The notes: generated by a model not told the origin, from the sequence alone. Positions 45,296-54,694 are shown, counted from the stretch's first letter. The stretch: 64,000 nucleotides of DNA from an uncultured Acidobacteriota bacterium (GCA_963814875.1 CAWFFJ010000026.1:82184-146183); one strand, 5' to 3'. A program made the numbers and translations.

Positions 45296-46263
45296 CCCAA
45301 CGCCGCGAGGTCGCCGTGACCTCGCCGCTGCCGGGCCGTGCGGTTGAGCGCCTCGAGGCCTCGCACAGGGTCCGGCTCCACGAGGGGTCGCCCCTCGTCG
45401 ATCCCGGCGACCTCGCCGAGTTCATCGGCGGGGCGCAGGGCGTGGTGACCTTGCTCGCCAACCCGGTCACCGAAGCCGTGCTCTCGGCCTGCCCGTACCT
45501 CGAGGTGGTCGGGAACTGCGCCGTCGGCTACGACAACGTCGACATCGACGCTGCCTGCCGCCGCGGGGTGTGGGTGACCAACACCCCCAACGTCCTGACC
45601 GAGGCCACGGCCGACCTCACCTGGGCACTGATCCTGGCCGTGACACGGCGCATCGTCGAGGCCGATGGTCTGGTGCGTGCTGGGCGCTTCATGGGCTGGC
45701 GACTGGACCTGCTCCTCGGCCGCGGACTGCAGGGCCAGACCCTCGGGGTCGTCGGGTGGGGACGCATCGGCCGCGCGGTCGCCAGACGAGCGCTCGTCTT
45801 CGGCATGAAGGTGGTCTTCGCGACTCCATCCCCACCTCCGGAGCCCGAGCCGCCGGCCCGCGCGGTGGCCCTCGACGAGCTGCTCGCCGCGAGCACCGTG
45901 GTCTCCCTGCACTGCCCGCTGACGCCCGCGACCCGCCATCTGCTCGACCATACCCGGCTCGCGCAGATGCGGCCTGGCGCCGTGCTCGTGAACACCTCGC
46001 GGGGACCACTGGTGGACGAGGATGCCCTCGTTGCAGCCCTCGCCTCGGGCCACCTCGGTGGCGCCGGCCTCGACGTCTACGAGCACGAGCCGACGGTGCA
46101 TCCCGGGCTCCTGGGTCGAGCCGACGTCGTCCTCCTGCCCCACATCGGCTCGGCGACCTCCGAAACCCGCGCCGCCATGGCTGAGCTCGCCGCCGACAAT
46201 GTTCGCGCCGTGCTCGCTGGAGAAGAGCCGCCGACACCGGTGGTCCGAGGACGCATGGCGTGA
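45292..46263 (+). CDS. D-isomer-specific 2-hydroxyacid dehydrogenase (glyoxylate/hydroxypyruvate reductase-like)
   Basis: Has the NAD motif LGVVGWGRIGRAVARRA and LVNTSRGPLVDEDALVAAL...LDVYEHEP, plus HIGSAT. ATGA overlap with the upstream gene. Confidence 0.88.
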   Translation: MTQRREVAVTSPLPGRAVERLEASHRVRLHEGSPLVDPGDLAEFIGGAQGVVTLLANPVTEAVLSACPYLEVVGNCAVGYDNVDIDAACRRGVWVTNTPNVLTEATADLTWALILAVTRRIVEADGLVRAGRFMGWRLDLLLGRGLQGQTLGVVGWGRIGRAVARRALVFGMKVVFATPSPPPEPEPPARAVALDELLAASTVVSLHCPLTPATRHLLDHTRLAQMRPGAVLVNTSRGPLVDEDALVAALASGHLGGAGLDVYEHEPTVHPGLLGRADVVLLPHIGSATSETRAAMAELAADNVRAVLAGEEPPTPVVRGRMA

Positions 46264-46269
46264 CCCCTG

Positions 46270-46432
46270 GAGGCCCGGCCGGGAACCCCCCGCGAAGCGA
46301 GAATCGCGAGGAGGCGTGAGATGTGGCGCCGGAAGGGCGCAGATGTAGTCCTTCTACTTCAAGAACTTCCGGCGCCGCAGATTGCACCTCATTCGCGATT
46401 CGCAGCCGTGAGGAGGTTTCCGGCCGGGCCTC
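46270..46432. repeat. 163-nt intergenic nested inverted repeat: a candidate structured RNA or MITE-like element
   Basis: Three perfect complementary blocks in nested order. 46270-46282 pairs with 46420-46432 (13 bp), 46301-46309 with 46393-46401 (9 bp), and 46325-46335 with 46366-46376 (11 bp). They are separated by size-matched internal loops (18/18 and 15/16 nt), with a 30-nt AT-richer apical loop. Confidence 0.55.
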
Positions 46433-46538
46433 TGGGAGCGCGTACCGCAGAGCCCCATGAAGGGGATCCAGAAGGCGGCCGCATTGCACGGGCTCAACGG
46501 TACGTGCTGCTTGGGATGCGCCTGGATTGCCGACTCTT

Positions 46539-46547
46539 TGCTAGAAT
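46539..46547 (+). promoter_or_regulatory. Candidate extended -10 (TGcTAGAAT) 6 nt before ATG 46554, in a leaderless arrangement
   Basis: Reads TTTGCTAGAAT-ctgcac-ATG. There is no Shine-Dalgarno. Confidence 0.4.
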
Positions 46548-46553
46548 CTGCAC

Positions 46554-47327
46554 ATGGAGCAAGAGTTGGCTGATGCCCCGCCCGCAGCCGCTGCGATGAC
46601 CGCCCCCGATGAGCTCACAGTGCCCCCCCCGGCGACGCGCCCGATCCGCGAGCTGTCGGTAGTGATGCCGGCCCACAACGAGCAGGAGATTCTGCCGGAG
46701 TCGCTGGCGGAGGCGGTCGCGGCGCTGGACGCTCTGTGCGACACCTGGGAGTTGATCGTGGTCGACGACGGATCGACCGACCGCACGCCGGAGATCCTCG
46801 AGGAGTGGAGTCGCCGCGATCCGCGCGTGCGCGCGCTGCCCCTTCGGCCCCAGAAAGGCTACTCCAAAGCGATCGTGGCCGGCGTCGAGGCGACGCGCTA
46901 CCTCACGGTCTTCTACACCGACGCGGATGCCCAGTTCGACCTCCGCGAGATCATCGAGCTCTATCCGTGGCTGCGCGATGTCGACATGGTCGCCGGCTAC
47001 CGGCTCGATCGCCGGGACCCCTGGACCCGGCGTTTCGCGTCCGGCGTTTACAACCGAATCCAGGCCTGGGCGCTCGGGCTGCGGGGGGTGCGTGACGTCA
47101 ATTGCGCCTTCAAGCTGTTCCGCCGCTCGTTCTTCGAGCTTGTCACCCTGACCAGCGGTGGCTTCCTGATCGACGCCGAGATGTTCGCGCGCGCCTCTCG
47201 CGCCGGCCTTCGCTGGACGCAGGTCGGAGTGACCCACCGTCCGCGCACCCGTGGCAGCTCGACGGTGAGAGCTCGCACTGTCTCCGAGACCCTGCGCGAG
47301 CTACGCAGCCTCCGCCGCAGCCTGTAA
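46554..47327 (+). CDS. Family 2 glycosyltransferase (polyprenyl-phosphate sugar synthase-like)
   Basis: Contains LSVVMPAHNEQEIL...LIVVDDGSTDRT and a DAD motif (FYTDADAQFD). Confidence 0.88.
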   Translation: MEQELADAPPAAAAMTAPDELTVPPPATRPIRELSVVMPAHNEQEILPESLAEAVAALDALCDTWELIVVDDGSTDRTPEILEEWSRRDPRVRALPLRPQKGYSKAIVAGVEATRYLTVFYTDADAQFDLREIIELYPWLRDVDMVAGYRLDRRDPWTRRFASGVYNRIQAWALGLRGVRDVNCAFKLFRRSFFELVTLTSGGFLIDAEMFARASRAGLRWTQVGVTHRPRTRGSSTVRARTVSETLRELRSLRRSL

Positions 47328-47344
47328 CACCCGAAGCCGCCGCA

Positions 47345-48847
47345 ATGACACTGCACCGCGAGACCGCCTCCGATCGCTGGTTGTTCGCGGCCGTCGTGGT
47401 GGTCAGCGTTGCACTGCATGCGTGGCTCGCCGCCGCGTTGCCGCTGTCGGGCGATGAAGCCTACTACTGGGACTGCGCTCGGCACCTTGACTGGGCCTAC
47501 TTCGACCAGCCGGGTCTGGTGATCTGGCCGATCCAGCTCGCCCGTGCGCTGCTCGGAGACACCGCGCTTGCGGTGCGCTCGCCGGCGGTTCTCGCGAGCC
47601 TACTGTCCGCGCTCTTCCTGCTGCCGTTGGTGCGGCGCCTGGGCGGTGGCGCCCGCCAGGCGGCGGCTGCCGTCATGCTGCTGCACGTGATGCCGGCCTA
47701 CTTCTTCGGTGCCTTCTACGAGTCGACCGATGCCGGAATGATGGCGGCCTGGATCGGGGCGACGTGGGCGGCGGTGGCCCTGGCACAGGGCGAGCGACGG
47801 GCGTGGTGGGGGTTCGGCCTCGCGATCGGCCTCGGTTTCCTGGCGAAGTTCCCGATCGTCCTCGTGCTGCCGGCGCTGGTCCCGGCGCTGTGGGTGCCGG
47901 CGGTGCGCCGCCAGCTGGCGACGGTGACGCCGTGGCTCGCGGCGGCGATGTCCGTCGTGCTCACCGCTCCGGTGTGGATATGGGCGGAGCTCCACAGCTG
48001 GGACAACATCCGCTTCCAGCTCTCCGGGCGCCACGAGACCCACGCCTTCACTCTCCGCTTCCTGGGCGAGTTTGTCGCCGCCAACCTCGCCCTCGCGACG
48101 CCCTTTCTCGTGGCGGCTCTGGCGGTGGCCTGGTGGCGCGGCTGGCGGCGGTGCGACCCCGGATGGCGGGTGTTCCTGGTCGCCTCGGCATCGCCGCTGG
48201 TCGTCTTCGGCCTGGTGTCGCTGCGCGAGCGGGTCGGTGGGCACTGGGGCGTGCCCGGGCTGGTGGTGGCGGTGGCAGCGCTGGTGCTGGTCGAGTTCCG
48301 CGGCCGCCGGACACTGGTCGCCCTCGGCGCGGCGTTCGGACTTGTGCTGTCGCTGGCGCTGGTCGTGGCCGCCCTCCATCCGGAGCGACTGCTCGGGCTC
48401 CAGGTGCACCTTGCCGGCCGGACTCTCGAGGTGCCCGAGCGGCCGGTCGCGATGGCCTTCGGCTACCGCGAGGTGGCGGCGGACCTCGAGACCCGCCTGG
48501 CCCCTGGAGAGTGGGTCGCCTGCGAGAGCTACACCACGGTCCACCTCCTCGCGTTCCGCTCCGGCGGCCGCCTCCCGGTTCTGCTCGCGCGGCTGACTGG
48601 CGGCCGCCACGGGCTCGCGGCGCTGTACTGGCACCGGCCCGAGGCGCTTGAAGGCCGTGACGTGCTCTTCGTCACCGAGCGCGAGGGACTCGAAGACCGG
48701 CTCGCCGGTCTGTTCGCATCGGTCGAGGAGGAGGCGCCGATCGAGGTGCGCGTCGGCGGCCGGGTGATCCGGACCTTTCGGGTGCTGCGCTGCCGTGACC
48801 TCCTGCACCCGGAGGGTGTCTTCACCCTCCTGCCCAAGAGCGCCTGA
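47345..48847 (+). CDS. Family 39 (ArnT/PMT-like) membrane glycosyltransferase
   Basis: Polytopic membrane protein with the first-loop motif LSGDEAYYWDCARHLDWAYFDQPG. It is paired with the upstream GT2. Confidence 0.85.
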   Translation: MTLHRETASDRWLFAAVVVVSVALHAWLAAALPLSGDEAYYWDCARHLDWAYFDQPGLVIWPIQLARALLGDTALAVRSPAVLASLLSALFLLPLVRRLGGGARQAAAAVMLLHVMPAYFFGAFYESTDAGMMAAWIGATWAAVALAQGERRAWWGFGLAIGLGFLAKFPIVLVLPALVPALWVPAVRRQLATVTPWLAAAMSVVLTAPVWIWAELHSWDNIRFQLSGRHETHAFTLRFLGEFVAANLALATPFLVAALAVAWWRGWRRCDPGWRVFLVASASPLVVFGLVSLRERVGGHWGVPGLVVAVAALVLVEFRGRRTLVALGAAFGLVLSLALVVAALHPERLLGLQVHLAGRTLEVPERPVAMAFGYREVAADLETRLAPGEWVACESYTTVHLLAFRSGGRLPVLLARLTGGRHGLAALYWHRPEALEGRDVLFVTEREGLEDRLAGLFASVEEEAPIEVRVGGRVIRTFRVLRCRDLLHPEGVFTLLPKSA

Positions 48848-48888
48848 CTTTCGGTGGTGCTCCCCACCGCCATTGCGGTGAGAGAACC

Positions 48889-50115
48889 TCAGCCGGGCGG
48901 CGCAGGTCGGACGTGGAGTCGGGTGACGCGTCCCCCGTCGATCTCGCGAACCTCGAGCGCCAGACCTTCCCAGTGCACGACGTCGCCGACGGCGACCTCA
49001 GTCTCGACCAGCGAGCCGACGAGGCCCCCCACGGAGTCGATGTCCTCGGGTGGCGGCAGCCTGCGGTGGAGGATGCGCTCCAGCCGGCGCAGGGCGAGGT
49101 AGCCGGGCACGAGCCAGCCGTTCCCCTCAGCCACCACGGTCGTGCCGAGCTCGCGGTCGAACTCGTCCTCGATCTCCCCGAAGACCAGCTCGAGGATGTC
49201 CTCCATGCAGACGATGCCCGAGGAGCCGCCAAACTCGTCGAGCACGATGGCCAGGTGCTGGCCGCCGTGTCGCATGTCCTGGAGCAGGTCCGGGAGCGGC
49301 TTGGACTCGGGGATCAAGATCGGGTCAACGACGGTATCGGTCCAGCGGCTCCCAGGGGCGAGCCGGAGCAGATGTCGGGCGTGCAGTACGCCGACGATGC
49401 GGTCCGGCGAACCGTCCACGACCGGGAACCGGCTGTGCGGAGACTGCCCGACCACCGCGCGCAGCCTGGCGTCATCCCACGAAGAATCGACGGTCTCGAC
49501 TCGTGGCCTTGGGACCATGATCTGGCGTGCCGTCGCCTGCTGGAAGCGCAGCACCGACTCGATCACATGGCGCGCCTCGCGCGGCAGCTGGGCGTGCCGG
49601 TGGGCCAATCGGAGCATGAAGAGGAGATCCTCCTCGGTCACCGGCACCTCCTGCGGGGTGCGGGGCGACAGCGCCCGGGCGAGCAGTCCAAGCACCGCGT
49701 TGACCGGGCGCAGCACGACGTCGAGCAGGTACAGAACCGGAGCGACCCGGGCGACGACCCACTGTGCGTGGCGCTGGGCCAGGGTTTTCGGTGTGATCTC
49801 GCCGAAGACCAGGATGAACAGGGTGATGACGCCGACCGCAACGGCGACCGCCGAGCTCTGCACCAACTGATAGGCGAGAGTGGTGGCGAGGGAGGACGCG
49901 AGCACGTTGACCAGGTTGTTGCCGACCAGGATCGTGATCAGCAGCTCCTGGGGCGCGTGCGCCCACCGGTCGAGAGCGGCCCGGGTGAGCCGACCACTCT
50001 TCTCGCGCAACGCCTCCCGACGGGTGACAGGAAGCGACGTGAGTGCGGTCTCCGAGGCAGAGAAGAATGCCGAGCCGGCAAGGCAGAGGACGACCGCTAC
50101 GAGCTCAGCGTTCAT
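48889..50115 (-). CDS. CNNM/HlyC-CorC family transporter (DUF21 + CBS pair + CorC_HlyC)
   Basis: Contains MNAELVAVVLCLAGSAFFSASETALTSL, a CBS region and the C-terminal CorC domain. ATG 50115 was chosen over the longer formal ORF (50163). Confidence 0.88.
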   Translation of the reverse strand: MNAELVAVVLCLAGSAFFSASETALTSLPVTRREALREKSGRLTRAALDRWAHAPQELLITILVGNNLVNVLASSLATTLAYQLVQSSAVAVAVGVITLFILVFGEITPKTLAQRHAQWVVARVAPVLYLLDVVLRPVNAVLGLLARALSPRTPQEVPVTEEDLLFMLRLAHRHAQLPREARHVIESVLRFQQATARQIMVPRPRVETVDSSWDDARLRAVVGQSPHSRFPVVDGSPDRIVGVLHARHLLRLAPGSRWTDTVVDPILIPESKPLPDLLQDMRHGGQHLAIVLDEFGGSSGIVCMEDILELVFGEIEDEFDRELGTTVVAEGNGWLVPGYLALRRLERILHRRLPPPEDIDSVGGLVGSLVETEVAVGDVVHWEGLALEVREIDGGRVTRLHVRPAPPG

Positions 50116-50258
50116 GGCGTCCGGGTTCGGGGTCGGGATCCTCCATCGCGGCCATGCTACCACGGGACCGGGACCCGACCCGCCGTGCTATCCTGGCCGC
50201 GCTTTTCAACCTGACAGCGACAGGACGGTGTGACCGTCGACGAACAAGGAGGCGGGTT

Positions 50259-51014
50259 ATGGCGAACGGCGACGCGGCGCAAGGAAAGAAGGGGCTGCCG
50301 GCCCTGGCGTGGATCGGGATCGGGTGCGGCGTGATCGTCCTGATCGGTGCGATCGCCCTGGTCGCGGGTGGCGTTTTCGTGGCGAAGAAGGTCAAGGACG
50401 TGGCGGGCGACTTCGAGAAGAACCCCACTCTGGCCGGCGCCCGCATGATCGTCAAGCTCAACCCGGAGTGGGAGGAGGTCTCGGTCGACGAGAGGGCCGG
50501 TACCATCACGGTGCGGGAGAAGAAGACCGGTAAGGAGATGACGGTCGGCCTCGACGACCTCGCGAAGGGCCGCGTCACCTTCTCGTCAGAGGGCAAGTCG
50601 TACACGGTGGAGGCCCAGGGAGACCATGAGACAGGCCAGCTCAAGGTCACCGATGAGGGCGGGAAGACGGTTTTCTCCGCCGGCGGCGCCGGCGGAGCGA
50701 AGGCGCCCGACTGGGTACCGGCCTACCCCGGCACCAGCGCCAAGGGCGGGTTGGTGATGCAGAACGGGGCCAGCGTCAGCGGCAGCTTCCAGGTTGCGAC
50801 CGACGACGCGCCCGAGAAGGTCGTCGACTACTACCGCAAGACGCTCAGCGACGCCGGTTTCAAGGTCCGGGTCAACACCTACTCCGACGGCGAGGGCCCG
50901 TCAGGAGGTGTCGTCTACGGCGAGAACGAGGCGGCGAAGCGCACCGTAACCGTCATGATCAGCGTCGACGACGACCGCACCACGGCGGCCGTGAGCTACT
51001 CGCAGGGCGAGTAG
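50259..51014 (+). CDS. Hypothetical membrane-anchored protein
   Basis: AAGGAGG lies 7 nt upstream of the start. The transmembrane segment is LPALAWIGIGCGVIVLIGAIALVAGGVFVA, followed by a soluble beta-rich domain. I recognised no family. Confidence 0.7.
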   Translation: MANGDAAQGKKGLPALAWIGIGCGVIVLIGAIALVAGGVFVAKKVKDVAGDFEKNPTLAGARMIVKLNPEWEEVSVDERAGTITVREKKTGKEMTVGLDDLAKGRVTFSSEGKSYTVEAQGDHETGQLKVTDEGGKTVFSAGGAGGAKAPDWVPAYPGTSAKGGLVMQNGASVSGSFQVATDDAPEKVVDYYRKTLSDAGFKVRVNTYSDGEGPSGGVVYGENEAAKRTVTVMISVDDDRTTAAVSYSQGE

Positions 51015-51024
51015 GCGACCACCA

Positions 51025-52089
51025 TCACACCGTGTCCATGACGGCGCGGTCCACTGCGGTGGCGACCTCGAGGAAACCCCTGGCGGCCGCTGATTCGGGC
51101 CGGTCGGCGACCACCGGCCGGCCTGTGTCACCCGCGACCACGACCGCAGGGTCGAGCGGAATCGCACCGAGGAACGGTATCTCGAGCTGCTCCGCGGTGC
51201 GGCGTCCGCCGCCGGAGCCGAAGATGTGCTCGGTGTGGCCGCATGCCGGGCACTGGTAGTAGGCCATGTTCTCGACAATGCCGAGCACCGGCACGCCGAG
51301 CTTGACGAACATGTGCAGGGCCTTGCGCGCGTCGATCAGCGCGATGTCCTGAGGGGTGGTCACGATCACCGCGCCGGCGAACGGCAGGTTCTGGCATAAG
51401 GTAAGAGCCACGTCCCCGGTACCCGGCGGCAGGTCGACCACCAGGTAGTCCAAATCGCCCCACTCGACGTCGCCGACGAACTGCTCGAGGGCCTTGACCA
51501 GCATCGGGCCGCGCCAGATCACCGGCTGGTCGACGTCGATCATGAACCCGAGCGACATCACCCGGACTCCTCCGGGCACGATCACCGGGCTGATGCGACC
51601 GTCGGCACCTCCGCTCGGCTCCTGGGTGGCGCCCATCATCATCTGTTGGGACGGTCCGTAGATGTCGGCGTCGAGCAGCCCCACCGAGCGCCCGGACCTT
51701 GCCAGAGAGAGGGCCAGGTTGGCGGACACCGTGGACTTGCCGACCCCACCCTTACCGGAGGCGACCGCGACGATGTGGCGGACGCCACGGATCCGGTCGG
51801 CCCAGGTGGGGGCGGGCTCCGGACGGTCGCCGCCGACAGTGGCGAGCAGCGCCTGGACCCGGACCTCGGCCCTTTCAATGCCGGGCAGCGCGATCAGTGC
51901 CTTCTCCGTGGCGATTCGCAGGGTTTCGGTGTCGTTGGGTTGGCCGGCCTGGATGGCGAGCATGACCCGCACCGCGTTCCCCTCGACCTCGACGTGGCGC
52001 ACCGCACCGCTGTCGATCACGTTCGCAGACGTCCCCGGCAGTGTGATCCTGCGCAGGCAGTCAACGATCTCCTGTTCGGTCACTGGCAT
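51025..52089 (-). CDS. mrp: Mrp/ApbC-type Fe-S cluster carrier ATPase with an N-terminal DUF59 domain
   Basis: Has the deviant Walker A VASGKGGVGKSTVSANLA and the CxxC (CPACGH). ATG 52089 is preceded by GAGG. Confidence 0.9.
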   Translation of the reverse strand: MPVTEQEIVDCLRRITLPGTSANVIDSGAVRHVEVEGNAVRVMLAIQAGQPNDTETLRIATEKALIALPGIERAEVRVQALLATVGGDRPEPAPTWADRIRGVRHIVAVASGKGGVGKSTVSANLALSLARSGRSVGLLDADIYGPSQQMMMGATQEPSGGADGRISPVIVPGGVRVMSLGFMIDVDQPVIWRGPMLVKALEQFVGDVEWGDLDYLVVDLPPGTGDVALTLCQNLPFAGAVIVTTPQDIALIDARKALHMFVKLGVPVLGIVENMAYYQCPACGHTEHIFGSGGGRRTAEQLEIPFLGAIPLDPAVVVAGDTGRPVVADRPESAAARGFLEVATAVDRAVMDTV

Positions 52090-52186
52090 CTCGGGACCTC
52101 CCGCCCGCGGTCGCGGGCCGTTCATTGTAACGCTGCTGGCCGGCGGCCCCTGTTGGCCGGCGTACAATTCCGGGCGAGGAGGAGCC

Positions 52187-52984
52187 ATGCCCGAGACACG
52201 TTCCGAGGGAGTCCGTATCGCCTACCGCGACGAGGGCTCCGACCACCCGGTATTGCTGTTGCACGGCCACACCATGGACGGCCGCGCATGGGACGGCCTG
52301 GTCGAGCCGCTGACCAGAGCTGGGATGCGGCTGTTGCGGCCGGATCTGCGGGGTCATGGCGCCAGCGAGCGGCCGCCCGGGGGCTACCACTGGAGCCACC
52401 ACGGTACCGACATGGCTGCCGTTCTCGATGCCGCCGGCGTTGCGCGCGCGATCGTGGTCGGCTTCTCGCTCGGCGGAGGGGTAGCCCTCGAGCTCGCGCT
52501 GACTCGACCCGAGCGCGTCGAAGCGCTGGTTCTGATCGACCCCGTGATGCCCGATCGACCGTTCGAGGCTGCCTTCATGGACAACCTCCGGCAGGTGGCG
52601 CGGACGGCGCGCACGGAGGGCATCCGCGCGGCGATGGCCGGTCCCTGGATGGCGAGCCCGCTGTTTGCGGCATCGTTCGAGGCACCTGGGGTACGTGAGG
52701 CGACACAGGCGATCGTCGCCGACTTCCCGGGTGCGGAGTACCTCGCGAGCGAGCGCGACACGGTCGAACGCGGGTGGCGGACGCCGGACCGGCTGGCGGA
52801 GATCACGGTGCCGACCCTGGTCCTGGTCGGAGAGCGGGACATGCCCGGGTTCCGCGCGTTCGCGGAGGAGGCCGCTGCCGGCATTCCGGGGGCTTGCCTG
52901 GAGGTCGTGCCGGGGGCCGGTCACCTGGTCCCCCTCGAGCGGCCCGACCTCGTCGCCGAGCGCATTCTGACCATCGCGGAATGA
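52187..52984 (+). CDS. Alpha/beta-fold hydrolase
   Basis: Contains PVLLLHGHTMDGRAW and the nucleophile elbow GFSLGG. The C-terminal GAGHLVPLERP carries the catalytic His. Confidence 0.88.
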   Translation: MPETRSEGVRIAYRDEGSDHPVLLLHGHTMDGRAWDGLVEPLTRAGMRLLRPDLRGHGASERPPGGYHWSHHGTDMAAVLDAAGVARAIVVGFSLGGGVALELALTRPERVEALVLIDPVMPDRPFEAAFMDNLRQVARTARTEGIRAAMAGPWMASPLFAASFEAPGVREATQAIVADFPGAEYLASERDTVERGWRTPDRLAEITVPTLVLVGERDMPGFRAFAEEAAAGIPGACLEVVPGAGHLVPLERPDLVAERILTIAE

Positions 52985-53121
52985 ACCACAGAGGCACAGA
53001 GACACAGAGAAACACAGAGGGCTCCCGTCCGATGCCTCGCCGTGTGCCCGTGCCCCAGCACGGGCACACGGCGAGGCGTCTCGGGTGGGAGGGGGTTCTG
53101 TGCCTCTGTGCCTCTGTGGTT
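52984..53121. repeat. 138-nt near-perfect palindrome with CACAGAG heptad repeats: a REP/MITE-like element or bidirectional terminator
   Basis: The outer arms are AACCACAGAGGCACAGAG (52984-53001) and CTCTGTGCCTCTGTGGTT (53104-53121), an 18-bp perfect pairing. The inner stem, 53034-53052 with 53059-53077, is a 19-bp perfect pairing with loop CCCCAG. CACAGAG occurs 4 times on the left arm, and CTCTGTG occurs twice on the right arm with a variant TTCTGTG. Confidence 0.8.
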
Positions 53122-53131
53122 TGCCTGTCCG

Positions 53132-54463
53132 TCAGGCGAGGGCTCGGCGCAGGCTGTCCGCCAGGCGGGCCGCGAGGATCTCGATCTCGAGCGCGTCCTC
53201 ACCCTCGATCATCACCCGGGCAAGAGCCTCCGTGCCCGAGTAGCGCAGCAGGATCCGGCCGCGGCCCTCGAGCCTGCTCTGCCCGCCGACGAGCTCGGCT
53301 CGGACCTCCGGCAGCTGGTCGAACGGGGTCTTGCGCGCGACCGGGACGTTGACCAGCACCTGCGGCATCCGTTCGAGGTCGGACAGAGTGCCGAGGCTGC
53401 GCCCAGTGGCCGCCGCGAGGGCGAGCATGTGGGTGGCGGTGACGAGCCCGTCCCCGGTGACCGAGTGGTGCGCGCAGATCACGTGGCCCGACTGCTCGCC
53501 GCCGAGGGCGACGCCGTGCTCACGCATCGCGAGCCACACCGAGCGGTCGCCAACGGGACAGCGCTCGACGGCGATGCCGTCACGGGCGAGCGCCCGCTCG
53601 AGACCGAAGTTGCTCATCACGGTTGCTACCAGCCGGCGGCCTGGAAGTCTCTCCGCGGCGAGCAGGTGGCGGCCCCATGCGAGCAGGATGTCGTCACCGT
53701 CGAGGGTTTGCCCGTCGGCATCGACCAGAATCGCCCTATCCGCGTCTCCGTCCAGGGCGACGCCAGCATCAGTCCGGTAGTGGTGCACGGCGGCGGCGAC
53801 GTGTTCCGGGCAGGTTGCGCCGCAGCCGTTGTTGATGTTGGTGCCGTCAGGCTTCGAGGCGACCGTGACGACGCGGGCTCCGAGCCGTTCGAAGAGCGTT
53901 TCTGCCAGGCCGGAGGCAGCGCCGTGAGCGGCATCGACTGCAACCGTCAGGCCTTCGAGCGGCCGGTGTCGGTGGTGACTGGCCATCACCAGGTCGAGGT
54001 AACGCTCGGCGAGGTCGCTGTCCCGGGGCGGGAGGTCACGACCGTCGAGTACGGGGGTCTCGTCGAGGCGCTGCTCGAGTCGGCGCTCGACAGCGTCGGC
54101 AATCTTCTCGCCCGACGGCGCGAGGACCTTGATCCCGTTGTCTTGGGAGGGGTTGTGCGACGCCGAGATGACGACTCCAGCGGCCCACGATCCAGTGCGC
54201 AGCAGCTGGGAGACTGCGGGAGTGGGCAGGACACCGCCCCACGTCAGGCGACCGCCAGCCGCTTGGAAGCTGCCTCCGAGCCATGTCGCGAGGGTCTCGG
54301 TGGAGGCGCGGGTGTCGCCGGCGAGCAGCAGGTGTGGCTGATCACGGTTCGAGCCGAGCTCGGCCGCGAGAGCGGCGCCCAGGCGCCGCACCGTCGCCTC
54401 GTCGAGGGGCGGAGCGTACGCAGGCCCGCGGATGCCGTCGGTTCCGAAAAGTCTCAACTTCAT
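53132..54463 (-). CDS. glmM: Phosphoglucosamine mutase
   Basis: Begins MKLRLFGTDGIRG and has the active-site motif ISASHNPSQDNGIK. Confidence 0.92.
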   Translation of the reverse strand: MKLRLFGTDGIRGPAYAPPLDEATVRRLGAALAAELGSNRDQPHLLLAGDTRASTETLATWLGGSFQAAGGRLTWGGVLPTPAVSQLLRTGSWAAGVVISASHNPSQDNGIKVLAPSGEKIADAVERRLEQRLDETPVLDGRDLPPRDSDLAERYLDLVMASHHRHRPLEGLTVAVDAAHGAASGLAETLFERLGARVVTVASKPDGTNINNGCGATCPEHVAAAVHHYRTDAGVALDGDADRAILVDADGQTLDGDDILLAWGRHLLAAERLPGRRLVATVMSNFGLERALARDGIAVERCPVGDRSVWLAMREHGVALGGEQSGHVICAHHSVTGDGLVTATHMLALAAATGRSLGTLSDLERMPQVLVNVPVARKTPFDQLPEVRAELVGGQSRLEGRGRILLRYSGTEALARVMIEGEDALEIEILAARLADSLRRALA

Positions 54464-54694
54464 GGGCGCTTCCGTACTCGGACCCGTCGCGGGTATTTAC
54501 CCGCATCCGGTGAACTCGCTGCCTGCACGACCGGTCTCCGCGGGGCCGGTCGGTCTCGCGTCGCCGGATCGGGCGCGGGTGCCCGCGCAGCGTGGCACAG
54601 GCTGCTGAGACCGTCAAGTGCCGGGATTCCGTGGTCCATTAGATCCCGTGCGATCGTCCGTCGCCGGGCTTCCCCTCGTCCGTGCCGGCGCAGG

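Noticed and set aside
46321-46599. A 92-aa ORF with an excellent GAGGAGG Shine-Dalgarno 6 nt upstream, in the spacer before the GT2 gene
   Set aside because: Its third codon positions are AT-rich, unlike every confident gene here. The product is low-complexity, and the ORF runs across the GT2 promoter and start. The Shine-Dalgarno-like GAGGAGG is part of the nested inverted repeat and is mirrored on the other arm.
48852-48869. A small hairpin (CGGTGG-TGCTCC-CCACCG) between the convergent GT39 and CNNM genes, considered as a terminator
   Set aside because: The stem is only 6 bp with no U-tract. That is too weak to call.
52987-53019. CACAGAG direct repeats, considered as a possible CRISPR array or microsatellite
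   Set aside because: The units are only 7-8 nt with no unique spacers, and they form the arms of a palindrome. There are no cas genes, so this is not CRISPR-like.
54464-54694. The 231-nt cdaR-glmM gap, considered as a riboswitch or ribozyme (for example glmS-type or a c-di-AMP riboswitch)
   Set aside because: I could not recognise any conserved core of those RNA families by eye. I report it only as an unexplained long leader that needs an Rfam scan.
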